A stretch of 63,405 nt of DNA, counting the filler, from Reclinomonas americana ATCC 50394 (lineage: Eukaryota): the NCBI GenBank assembly GCA_048213135.1. It is 12 parts of 12 records of this genome, joined end to end, with 100 filler letters (N's around TTAATTAATTAA, not from the genome) between each part and the next. Parts side by side here need not be neighbours in the genome. Positions count along the whole stretch, not along the records: positions 9,993 to 18,239 come from AFZH01019078.1; positions 18,340 to 21,082 come from AFZH01019079.1; positions 21,183 to 30,136 come from AFZH01019080.1; 9 more parts are not named here. One strand, 5' to 3'. The position numbers and the translations under genes were made by a program. The notes beneath the pieces were generated by a model. That model did not search any database. It was not told the DNA's origin and saw only the letters and a program-made list of their open reading frames with translations. Positions 12,901 to 25,100 of the stretch are shown here, piece after piece. Position 1 is the first letter of the stretch; every line of letters begins with the position of its first letter.

Positions 12901-15900
12901 GCGTGCTGACTTGCTTGCAGCAGTGAAGTGTAATTGACTCTTATCAATCACACTCCTGCAGTGGTCGGCTAGGAGCTGTGGCAGACGCAATTGTGCTGAC
13001 TCCCAAAACCGAGGGCCAGCATCCCACCATATCAACGACAGAGGATTCGGATCTGATCCTGGCCCCGGCGTCGTTCTTGGTGCACATTCAGAAGCGATTG
13101 CAGGTGCGTTACATGTGTGCATCACCACCGTGCAGTTGTCGGTGTATTCCACGTGCACTTACGACATCGCATATGCAGGTTGACGAGTGGGTCAAGACAC
13201 CACTCGTGTACGCAGATACGCTAGTCAGCACCTCCGCTCTGACGCTGTCGTCGCCCAGCATTGTGCAAGTGAATGCACCTGGGCTGCTCGTGTCCGGTGG
13301 TCAACTGCAATCGTCTAGCGGTGGCTTCACCATGCCGGGCAACTTGGACGTGGGTGGCACGCTGCACGCGTCAGTGCTGAGCATCAGCCAGCTGCAGACT
13401 CCCGACATATCCTCCACAGCGGCACTCACCCTTCGTCCAACGACGTCGTTGGTGGTGGCCACCTCGTTGGTTACCTTGCAGAACAGCGGCTCATCAGTCA
13501 CCATTGGCAACGCCAGCGGCGACATGCTGCTCGCTCCTGCCTCGGGCACCTTGAGGTGAGCATGTACCACGGCACAGCCAAGGTTCACAACTCTGCGGCT
13601 AACATCTTGCATTGCTCGGTCCACAGTCTCGTCGGCAATGCGTTGCAGAGCTCGGGGGCACTCTCGCTGTCCACAGCCACTGGTGGCATGTCGCTGTCGC
13701 CTGCCAATCGGCAAATCAACTTTGACATTGATCAGCTCATCTTGCGGCCGCAAGGTTGGTTATGCACGCGCTGTTTTGTGTCCATTGCCTTTGTGCTGCG
13801 ATTGACTGTGATGCGTAGGCGCAACCAACGGACTCATTGGCACGTCGGCGAATGCGCTTGTCATCGCGCCGGCTAATCGGCAGCTGCTGTTTCGTGGACG
13901 CTTTTGTCTTTTTCTCTCTCGCACTCGTGCTTTCTGCACACTGAACACTCGAGTGTGTGTTTGTGTGCGTAGTGCGAATGTGGATAGCGTGACTGCCGAC
14001 GTCTCGCTGAGCATTGCTGCGGCGGCCGGCGACATATCGTTGAATGCAGCCACCGGCAGCACTGTTCGTATCGTCGGTGACGGTGTCATCAATGGGTCAA
14101 CAGGTAACGCCGTGCGGATGTGTTGCCATCTCCTCCTCTCCGGAGTCGCTCACCTGTCGTCGCATGCGCAGCCAACGGCCTGACTTTGCAGTCGGCCGGA
14201 GCGGTGACGATTCGCGCGGCAAGCAGCGGTGTCTCCATCACTGGCGGCGTCAATACTCTGCATGTGGGCTCAACGCTGGACATTGTTGGTGCCTCCAACT
14301 TGGTGCAGAGCGCAAGCACGTTGGACTTGCAGGTGATTTTATTCGTGGACGCCAAATTCACGTACATATCGAACGCCAACTGACAACAACAAATGTGCTG
14401 CACAGGGCACCAGTGGTGGTGTGCGAGTCGTGGGCACCACTCCACTACTCACTGTCGGCACGTCGGCGCCCAACGCACTGACGGTGAACGGGAGCACAAG
14501 AACGATTGCATCTGTCGGCGCCGCGGATGCGAACGTGAGTTTCACAGCACGCCACCGAATCGCGCGCGCGTGTGTGTGGCGAATTGGTTGCTAAAAGATC
14601 ACTCACTGCGATACAGGGAGCTGGAGTCGTCTTTTCACTGGCGGCCGGCAGTGTGCGTGTGACGGGCGGTTCACGACTGCTGGATGTCAATGGCACTGCC
14701 ACGCTGGGTGGCGCCACCACGGGCACCATGTCGCTCACCGACACGGGCACCCTGCAAACAGCCTCCATTACTCCTGCGTGAGTCGTGGTTATTGCTTCCG
14801 CTGTACTACTACAACACAGTCATCTGAATGGTGCCCTGTTGTGTCGCACAGTGCAATCACGTCGTCCAACACCATGACTATTTCCACATCGAGTGGGGTG
14901 TGTGTTCGTGATCGCCGCTGCGTGCTGCCACTGATGACTTACTGTGGAGTGCGCATGGCAGCGTCTGCGGCTGTCTACGCCACTGCAAGTGCTGATGGTG
15001 AACGGCGTGTCGGATGCGTTCAAGTTGGTGGATGTGGCCGACAACACCAAATCGTGGTCGTTTGCCATCAATGGGCAGTTCCTCGACGTCAACTCGTGGG
15101 TGGCTGACCCCACCTTTGCTCGCAATCTGCGAATGGATGCCGTCTCGGGCTCACTGGCTGTTCGTGGTCTCGTTGCGTGCGTGTGTGGGGTGGTGGTGGT
15201 GCATGTGCGCCCTCGCGTGTACCTCGTGCTGAGTGATGAGCGAGCTCACCCTCTTTCTCTCTCTCTCTTCTCACTCTCTCTGTGGCCTCTCCTACTCTAG
15301 CGTCGATATGTGTCCCCTTTGCTAGATAGCAGATTCGACATGTCTTCCTGTTTCTCTATGTCGAGGGTGATGTGCGTCCCCTCATCACTCACTGCGTAAG
15401 ATACATGCTTGCCATTCCCGGAGCACAGGTTACTTTCAACAGCTCACTGCGCTTCAAGAGCGACGTGGAGTCCATCGATGGGGCGAGCGCGCTTGCTTCA
15501 GTCCTCAAGCTGCGCGGAGTCACATACACACGTCGGGTACGTATGCCACCTGTTCACCTGAGTTGTCGATACGGGTGGTGGTGTGTGTGTGTTGGACACA
15601 CTCACTCACGCACCCACCGCCCACATGCACTCATATTGATCGTGATGGTGTACCAGGACTTGCCACTGTCGACAAGACGATGGAGTGGTCTGATTGCCGA
15701 GGAGGTGGCAGAGGTGTTGCCAGAGGTCTGTTTCAATCGTCGCGATGACGACAGTTGTATTTTTTCTGCTCACTCACTCACTCACTTGTTTGCCGCGTTG
15801 TTGCTCGTTTGCAGCTGGTGACGCGTGACGAACAGGGTCGCATCGAGTCACTGTCGTATGTCGAGCTGGTGCCGTATCTGCTGGAGTGCGTCAAGAGTCT

Positions 15901-16060
15901 GAGCCAACAAGTCCAAGTGGAGAGGGCGCGAAATCGTGACATGGAGCAGCGCCTGCAGGCCATTGAGACGCTGCTGATGACACGCCCCACTCTGGTGGCG
16001 AACTCGCAGCAGCGGGGAAGCGTGGCGGTGGAGGACGACGTGCACACCACCAACGACTAA
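9993..16060 (+). CDS. Type II membrane protein: acidic/Pro-rich N-terminus, single TM helix, long beta-strand-rich fibre, C-terminal Peptidase_S74 (ICA) intramolecular chaperone plus coiled coil; 5' end in gap
   Basis: About two dozen introns can be spliced in frame. TM GLLTGLIVLVILCAVILYLFIG at 11636-11701. ICA motifs: NSSLRFKSDV (15438-), LKLRGVTY, GLIAEEVAEVLPE|LV, SLSYVELVPYLLECVKSLSQQV. Confidence 0.85.
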
Positions 16061-17290
16061 ATTTGGAAATTGCGAGACAGTTTGTTCGCTTTGCGGTTGT
16101 TGAGGTCGATGCGCGAGATGTCGGGCGCCACCGCCTGCCTGCCTATTGGGCGTCGCGCCGCAAATTAGTGACCCAGTGTGGTCGATTCAGAGCTGTTGGT
16201 GCATGCGCTGCTGCTCTGAGGTGAAAGTGAACGCGACTAACCGAATTAGGCATGTGGACCATTGGCGAACAGGACGAGCGTGTGTGTTTTAGTGGGTGCA
16301 GAACGCTGGCAAGCGAGACGTGCATGCATCGTGGAGGAGAACCGAGCGCACGACCCGTGGTAGGGTGGCAGTGTGGGAAACGGATCACTGGTCAGCGAAT
16401 TCAGCAAGTATATGTGATATTTCTCCTGACTGCCCCACCGCGTTGACTGCCCTGCCATTCGTTTTTGCCTCCATCGGTTGTTGGGTGGCATTGGTGAGAG
16501 GGGAGATAGTGTCGGAGTAACCACAGCCACGCCGTCACACAAGAACGCACACACGGACCACATACATATCTGCGTGCCAGACAGAGCAGATTATTGGTGG
16601 CTGCATTTCGGTCTCCGGCTTCTGTTTTCGTCGCTGCCCGTTACAAGTTGTCTCTCATAGTTGCGTATGGGGCGAGGCAGTGTGGGGAGTGGGAGAGAGA
16701 GACAAAAGAGGTGGTGTGTGTGTGGAGAGGAGGGAGAGGGAGAGGGAGAGGGAGTGAGAGTAGTGAGTGTGTGAACACACACGCCGGCATTTGCTGAATG
16801 CATATTCACTGTGTTTTCGTACATTGAAAGACGCAACACCCCACGCAATCGGGTGGTGGTGTACTGCACGCCTCTTTCAGGCTAAACTGCTTCTCTCTCT
16901 CTGTGTCTGTGTGTGTGTGCCTTCGATGCAGTCGCACACGAGAACTTTTTCTGTGTTCTCGCGCGCACGTGTGTCCGTATCTTTTACGGCCTCATTTTGG
17001 TTTTCTGAGAACGTCTATCAATCTCATTTCTCAGTCTCTCTCTTCGCACTCTCCACCAATACACTCGCGCACACTCGCAGCGCGCAGCACTCATTCTCTC
17101 TCTCCTTCTGCGTGTTAGAGTGCACACTGGCTCTTTTCGGAAAGAGCTTTCACGAGCGAAAGAATAGAACGTGTGCTTTGAGTGGAGACAATTTTCGTCC
17201 TTTCTCTTTTGCTCTATCGTTGTTTCGCACGCACGCGCACTCTGTCGCACGCATCTACACTTGGAGACGTGTGGGGTCGGGTGGGCGGTG

Positions 17291-18438
17291 ATGGAAGGCG
17301 ATCAACAGTGGGTGTCACACTGCTGCGTTCTCGCCAAATTGCTCACTCACTCGCTGACTGCACACGCACACGCACACAGAGCGACACCATCCGGTGAGGG
17401 TGGGGGAGAGGGTCGTCGAATGGGTCGACGGAGGCGCGGGGAGCGTGTCCGTGATTACGAGAGATTCACGGAGGAGGCGCGTCGCGTGCTTCGAGTCGAG
17501 TTTGAGCACAACGAGGTACGACGACGCTGAAAAGTTTGCAACTCTCACTCACTCACTCACTCCCTCCCTCACTCCATAACAGTACCCCAGCTCGCACCAC
17601 AAGCACGAGATTGCTCGTGTGATTGGCCGCTCGGCCAAGAGTGTCAATCGTTGCGTGTTTTGTGCTGCATGCATCATCTTCATTATATACGGTCGTCGCA
17701 TTATAACCGATTTGTCGACCGCATCTAACATGACGTGTGTGCGTGTGTGCGTGTGCCCCCCTCTGCCTGTACGCAGTGTGGTTTGAGAACGAGCGCAAGA
17801 AGAAGCGACGGTCGTCGGCGACCGAGTACGATGTCGTGGCGGCGGCCGGCGGCACCACTCCCACCACTGCAGCCGCAGCAGCAGCCGGAGCTGCACAGCC
17901 ACTGTTGTCGCTGACCACCACCACCACCACGACAACAACAACCACGACAAGGTCGCTGCCGTCGCCAGCCGGCGGCAAGGCGGCGCTGGGAGGACGTAAG
18001 CGAAGCCTGCCGACTGGAATATCGAAACTTAATATGGTAGCGGACGCTTCCGTCCACCTTGACGGCGATGCTGGCAGTGGTGACGGTGACGAGGATTATG
18101 GCGATGACGATGACGACGACCTGTACAGTGACGTGAGCGACGACGAGGATCTGCGGAAGCGTCCACGACTTGAGTCGCCGCCAGCGCCGTCGCCCCTCGG
18201 TTCCACCCCGCTGCGTGTGGCGGCGCGCGGCAACAAGCCNNNNNNNNNNNNNNNNNNNNNNNNNNNNNNNNNNNNNNNNNNNNTTAATTAATTAANNNNN
18301 NNNNNNNNNNNNNNNNNNNNNNNNNNNNNNNNNNNNNNNCTGATGCCGCCAGCCGCTCCGCCGCCGCCGCCACCACCACCACCCCCACCACCACCTGCAT
18401 CCGCAAGCTTGCCTTCACTGCGCATGGGCTTCCTCTAA
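17291..18438 (+). CDS. Non-TALE homeodomain transcription factor (probably continues across the gap to a Pro-rich C-terminus)
   Basis: Spliced: RFTEEARRVLRVEFEHNE|YPSSHHKHEIARVIGRSAKSVN|LWFENERKKKRR, with L16, F20, YP25-26 and WFxN48-51. Post-gap LMPPAAPPP...RMGFL* is the inferred end. Confidence 0.85.
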
Positions 18439-19751
18439 ACGAGGACGCACAGTGGAGGTTGCGCCGGTATTTTAGTGGTGTGTGGACGACGACGACGACG
18501 ACGACGAGCAAGGAGAAGACGAGGACGAGGGTGGCGCCATGCCTGCAATTTTTAATTCCTAATCTCCCCTCTTCCCTCTCTCTCTCCCCTCTGCCCTGCA
18601 GCGTCGCTAGAACCTATAATCTCTCTACTGTTGCTCTTTATCCTGTTTAAACGAGACGACGATCGCGTGTCGTGGTGTGTGTGTGAGTGAGTGCGTGTCA
18701 TGTCTCACTGTATCGGTAATGACACCTACCCTCTCCGTGCCGCCTCCAGCGAGTCACTCGCGGGATGCCGCCGGGTGAATGCGGAGACATGTGTCGCCAC
18801 CGCCATCTCTATTGTTGCTGCGAGTGGCGGTGGTGGTGGTGGTGGTGTGTGGGTTCTAAATGTCTTCCTCTCCTTCTTTTTGTCTGCATTTCTCTCTCTC
18901 TCGCCGTAAGCCAGCCTATTAAACACTGCGTGATGAGGTGACTACTGCATGTGCATGCGCGCAACTGGCTTTCCTCTGCGTGTGTTTGCGTGTGTGCATC
19001 ACCGCGAGCCGCAACCGGTTTTGCACCACAAGTGCAACGGCTCTTGCAACACAAAACCACGTGAGTGGCGACGCGAAAGAAGCAGTGTGTGTGCATGTGT
19101 GTGCTCTCCTCTACCGCGTGCACGCGCGCGTGTGTGTGTATGCATTCTCAATGTCACTATTGTGTGGGTGTGAATGCGCGCGTGCATCACGGCTCATCAT
19201 TGTCAGCACAAAAGGAGAAAAACAGTAATGACGCCTTCTCAAGCGCACCTATGCACCGTGGCCCTCTGTTGTGAGCTGCTGCGGCCCAGCGTGAATCGCG
19301 CGTGTGCGAGTGGGCAATGTGGCACTGCTGCAGTGTGTGCCCGCAGCGTGTTGTGGTGGTGCAACATGGCCACTCACACACACGCACAGCTGCACGCGTG
19401 CATGCATGCGTGCATGCGCGTGAGATGGCCAGTGCGTGCGTGTGAGAGAAGAGGTGCCACTCTCTCTTCCACACATGCTCTCTGTCTCACTGTGTGCGTG
19501 GATTGTGTGGGTGATTGATTGATCTCGGAAATTCGGTTTTGCACCCTCCTGCTCACGAGGAAAATGCATGACACAGCTGTTCTTTCATGCTTCCCCTGCA
19601 CGCCCTGAGTATCTTGCTCTCCCACTTTATTACATCATGCAACCGTGCCAGAAGTGGTTCCTCGGGTTGCCCTCACACATCGATCTTTATATCGATTGCC
19701 TAGGCCTATTGGTCGACGTCATTGGCAATACTTGCAATCGGGCCGCTGTTT

Positions 19752-20630
19752 TTACAGCACGCAGCAGACACTGTTTCCGCGGTTGATCTCACGCAGTTTG
19801 CGGGAGGCCCGACGCACGTTGCCGTCGATGTGGTCCTCATCTTGCATCGCCTGCGCAAGCGATTTTTTGTCAGGACAGAGTTTCGTTATTCCTTTTTATG
19901 CGGCTGCGCACGTGCATGTGCGTTGAAAGACGAGCACACACACGCACGCAGGCAAGTACACAGACAAGGACACAAGTTTGGTAGGCACAGAGGTGCAGAA
20001 AAGCGCAAAGTGCATCGCTGGGATCGCAAAAATGCCGATATTTAGGGTTTTGATGAACACCTGCAAGATGGATCTAAACGATCGAGAGGAGGCTGCGCAG
20101 CGCGGTGCTCCCGCACTTATTATGGAGAGCATCATCCACTCAGTAGTCTGAGTGGCAACGGTCTCTGAACTGCATTTGCATGCCAGGACTGGTTTTGCGA
20201 AACCAATCGTACGTGTGACGGAGAGAAAGAGAGAGAGAGAGAGTGTGTGGCAGTGACGCCTCCGTTGCTCTCTTTGCAACGCTCATGGCAGTGCAACGAA
20301 AAAGACCAAAAGCACACGAGACAAAACGGCGCCTCTCGCTGGATGGCGAGAACACACTTTCTCGATATCGTCATCATGATTCCGTGGTGGAAGAAGACAT
20401 CCACCACCGGCGACGTGAACGCACTACCATATACACAGGCATCGTACCTTATCCAATGTTCCTTGCTGGCGGTCGAGTTCCGACTGCGTCTCCTTGGCCA
20501 CTTGTTGTGTAAGGGCAGCTCGTCGCAGCATGCGTTCCAACACACGCTCCGAGTCGCTCTGCACCGCATGCACCTCTTGCATGGCCTGCTGCGGTGTCTC
20601 CGCGGTCGCTATGCGGCTGCGATTGCTCAT
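19752..20630 (-). CDS. Small (93 aa) Qb-type SNARE ending in CCVL (CaaX), no transmembrane helix
   Basis: Exon1 20630-20448, intron 20447-19851, exon2 19850-19752. Product ...SERVLERMLRRAALTQQVAKETQSELDRQQGTLDK|AMQDEDHIDGNVRRASRKLREINRGNSVCCVL*, a continuous SNARE heptad with central Q. Confidence 0.75.
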
Positions 20631-21182
20631 GTGTGTATGTCCCACGCTGTGTGTGTCTGTGTCTCGGTCTCTCACTCTCTCAAGAGGCAATAAGAAACGT
20701 ACGACACCGGACAGTTGTATTTATGGAACTCGGGTCCACTGATGCATGGCGCCAGGCGAAAAGGAGCCGTCGCTTCCCGGCTTCATCGAGCCACCCGATC
20801 CGTACTGCCCTGCACCTGCAGAGTACGCAGGTGGCGGGATATTCACCGAGGCAGACGTGTTGCGGGTGGTCGTGTTGGGGTTGTTCGAAAACATCAACAG
20901 CACAGCCCTGCATCACCCGCACGCTCAGCAGGCGCCGGCGCATTACATGCGGACGGAGAGACACATACCATAGCGGAAGCACCAACGACACGGTGCGGGC
21001 GACGACGCTGGCAAATGAGTTGAGCGCGTCTTGATCCTGCGCAGTGTGTGAGTTCTCCACATACCTACAGTGGACAACAACANNNNNNNNNNNNNNNNNN
21101 NNNNNNNNNNNNNNNNNNNNNNNNNNTTAATTAATTAANNNNNNNNNNNNNNNNNNNNNNNNNNNNNNNNNNNNNNNNNNNN

Positions 21183-21214
<32 letters not shown>

Positions 21215-22149
21215 GTGAGTGAAAGAGGTGTCTGGGAGAGAGAATGCAAGGGGGAGAGAGAGACAACGAGTGGCGCACGAGGTGAGTGTCACACAGATGT
21301 CGACACGCACACACACACATACACACACAGAGAGAACGAGTGGAGGGGAGAGAGAATGAGTGAGAGAATGAGTGAGAGACAGGAATCCGCGCCAAGAGTA
21401 AGTGTGTGTGTGTTTTTCTGAGAGTGTTTGGTGTGTGCGTTGATGGCCTCACCGCATGCATCCGTATGCACTGTCACCATCGCGCACACAGGCGATGAAG
21501 CTGATGTGACTGACGCTCATGACAAGAGCTTGCTCACTCACACACGCGCACTCAGTGGTGTGTGTGTGTGTGTGTGAGAGAGTGGTGTTGGTGTGGGCGA
21601 GAGGTGCAGATGCGCACAGGAACACACTGACTTGTTGGTGGCAAGCGAGCTCGCTGTGGTGTGACGGGAGGACAGTGAGGAATCGTCAGACGACGGAGTC
21701 GAATATTCGTCGTCGAAGTCAGTCTGCCGATGGGAATACAACTATGGAGACGGGCATCAATTCATTGTGCTTCAGTGGACGGTGGCCAGAGGCCGGGATA
21801 TCATATCGATAGAGGGCATGTAGATGGAGAAGAAGACGTGGAAGACAGATTTCGATGGCTGGCAGAGAGACAGGAAAACAGGAAGAATGACGGAGAGTTG
21901 CAGCATGCGTGGAACACTCGCGACGGACAACGTTGCAGAACGAATTACGGACGCGCCGCCGCGGAGACGACGCCAACTGCGCCATTGGCTGCTGCTGCGG
22001 AACGTTCTTTGGCTTGGCGTGTGATATCTGTCCATGCAACTGCGTCTTGAACCTTCTCAATAGTCCCATGGAGAATGGTCTTCGTCATTTCCAAATCCGA
22101 AGTCTTGTCGGCGCTGTGGTTCCACACCTTGAGCAACGAAGATCGACGG

Positions 22150-25100
22150 TCAGACACAAGGTTGTAGGTTAACAACAGCATAACTGGTCATTACCGACTG
22201 TCCAGTGGGGCATCTCAAATGCAACTGAATACTGTCACCTGCCAACGACGAGGACGGCCGCTGTTCGTGCTGGTAATCCCACGCAGCGCAAAGCTGGGTT
22301 TCCAGATAATTATTCAGTGACTCGAAGTCGTACAGCCGTTGCTGTTGATCCCAGTTCAATCGAGCAAACCGGCCAGGGCCAATCGGGCGTCGAGACACCG
22401 GATCTGCGCAGTCAGAATTGTCGCAAATCATAAACACTAAGCGAGAACCAACACTTCCTTGTTCACACTGACCTCGGCGGAGTTCGTCCACCATCTGATC
22501 TTCAAGTGCAGCTGCGAGCACGGTTCCACGAAGGCCAGCGTCCCCGACATGACGACCTTCTCCATCGGCAGCTGGGGCCATCCCAGCACGGCTCATCGAG
22601 GGCTTGAACGATTCGGCCGCTTGCCACGCGACGAGTTTGCTCTGCATCTTGAACTGTTTGGCGATATCGTTGTCGTCACGCAGCTTGCGGGCCACGTGCT
22701 GAGCGACAACGTGGAAAATGTTGCACGTGTGGTCGACCGAACTCATGGAGAGAAGAATACGACAGCTATCGATGGCTTGAGTCAACAGCTCCTGTCGATC
22801 GGTGCACTGACGGCGGAAAGCGACCATGTCCTCGCTATTGATGGCATTGCAGAGGTTGGAATGAAGTTGATCGTGATCCATGTGACGCAGTCGGTAGTGC
22901 CAGTCACTGAGAACCACGAGGTTGATGTGCTCCACGTGCACATGAGAGTCTCCTGTTGAAGCATCAGGCACCTGTATCGCATCGTCTCCCACTGGCGCTT
23001 CGGGCGCCTGTATCGCATCGTGCTCCGTTGGGGCGTCGCTCTCTGTAGTAAATTGCCAGGATTAGCGTCACACAAGCAACGAAGATAAGAAAACCATCGA
23101 TCTAAATTGCATCACCTGAAAGCGCACAAAGCAGATCCTTATGGTTGCGATACAGATCCTCTGCATGAATATTAACTTGTTTTTGCTGTTGGTCGACCAC
23201 ACCTCTGAGAACCTCCTTGAGCGGCTGTATCTCCGACAATCATTCCATATATCAGGGAAAACTAACACGCACGCAGCATACAAATACACGTTCAAACCTG
23301 CCCACACTCCTCCAGCGGGAAGATGTGCAGAAGATGGGCGCACCCAACCCACACCTGATCCACAATAGCGAGTACGTCATCGTCGGCTACCAGAAAGCGC
23401 CAAGCTGTTGCCCCTTCGTCAGTCTCAGCTGCTGTATGCAATGGCAACACAAGCCGAGCTCAGTAAGATGATGCACAAAGCCACATTGCTGCTACGGCTC
23501 CTTGCCTGTAGACTTCTCTCTGTACGCGACGTAGAATTCCTTCGCAGCTCTATTGAGTTCGTTATTCACGACCCTGACGAGCAGACGTGCTAGAGCCTGC
23601 GAGTGGCGCGCACAAAGAGGTGAGGATGCACGCGCAGTATACCTGCTTGTCATTGCTGTGCGTGTGGGATATCGTTGCTGTGCGTACCGAAGTGTCGGAC
23701 GTGTAATCGAAGACTCGTCGAGTCACGAACAGCTGCGTGCACACGTCGTGAAGACCGTCCTGTAAGTGCACGTCGGCGATCAGCATTGGTGGTTGAATTC
23801 AAGCAATGGTAGGGACGCAGAAGCAACCAACATACCGCTTGAGAAAGAATGTGCTTCACACATTGCTGTTGCGCAGACTGGAACACGTACTGCGAGAGCT
23901 GCTTCACGCCAAAGTTATCACGGATACGACGAATGTCATCTTCAGCAGCCGCCCATTTGTGTTCGGGGACTGCATCAGTGGCAACCCGGCACAGCCTCTC
24001 GCACCACTCGACTTCCTGATTTTCAAGCTCAATGAAATCTGCAAGGAGTCAATAAATGTAAAGGATAGTGTATGCAACAGATGCCAGCTGCAGACTTATA
24101 ATTACGCACTGAAAGACTTGGGATCAGTCGCCGTGAGGAATACCCGTCGACCTTGTTCACGGAAGCTGACAACGACATCCTCTGCCGAGTGGACTCCACA
24201 GTGTACCACTTGCTCAGCAGCTACGACGCGCAGAGCAGCTTCGCGAACTCCCGGGCCGATGCTGCTTTCGATCAGTTTGTCGGCTTGGCAGAGTGCCAGT
24301 ACAAGGTTGTTGGCAGAACGCACACTCTGGAATTCCTGCGGCATTGTTGCTCTCAGTAACTCCGCGTCAATGAAAACATAAAGTGTGTGATATAACGAAC
24401 ATTGCTGACGAGTACATGCGATAGACAAGTGGATGGATTTGTGATGTCGGGGGCTGCATGGCATACCACAACAGTTGAACTGCGCAAAGCGTCCAGATTT
24501 GTTTTGGTGATACCTTTTAACGCCATTCCGGCGTGCACATTTGTCTACGAAGCAATGCACAGTATGTGTGTAACAGGCGTGCAGTTACCCAGGTGATGAA
24601 ACAGCACAAGGCTCACCGGTTGCATGCCGGGGAGATCAACCAGTTCAAAGTCGCACAGGTCAGGGTGCTCGATGCGAAGGCGAAGTGGGTCCGTGTCAAA
24701 GATAAACTGGGTTAGATACAGAATTAACAACACACGCTTTCTCCTTGTGAAGGTCAACTCATATTTACCGTTCTTTTACCGCGCTCGCGTTCTGCTCGAA
24801 GCTCCGCAAAGTGTTCGCCAATGACATCTTGAAACGGACGAGGGTTGGCAAGCGTTCCAGGTTTCAGCCTGAACTTTTGGTGCGACTCATCTGCTTCAAG
24901 AGTGAGTATGCATGTACATTAACAAGTCACAAGTATTGCGTCGAAACAACAAGCATGAACGCACCGATCAATTCAAGCTCGACAACATCGAGAGCTGCAG
25001 TCTCTCCGTTCATAGAGGCCACGAACTGGAGTGTTCGACCCCTGAACGTTGCTGTACACCAATACAGCTTGTCGGCAATTCCTCGCATACCATCATGGCT

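Noticed and set aside
19690..19745. Apparent in-frame TAG codons suggesting stop-codon reassignment after the SNARE exon
   Set aside because: The SNARE frame ends cleanly at TAA 19752-19754. Other genes end in TAA, TAG or TGA, and no conserved exon needs read-through.
20746..21082. Short ORF MAPGEKEPSLPGFIEPPDPYCP...
   Set aside because: 75 codons, no recognisable motif, adjacent to a gap; cannot be supported as a gene.
22968..23025. 36-bp spaced repeat cctgtatcgcatcgt
   Set aside because: A two-copy in-frame 12-aa duplication (DAIQAPEA / DAIQVPDA); too small to indicate an element.
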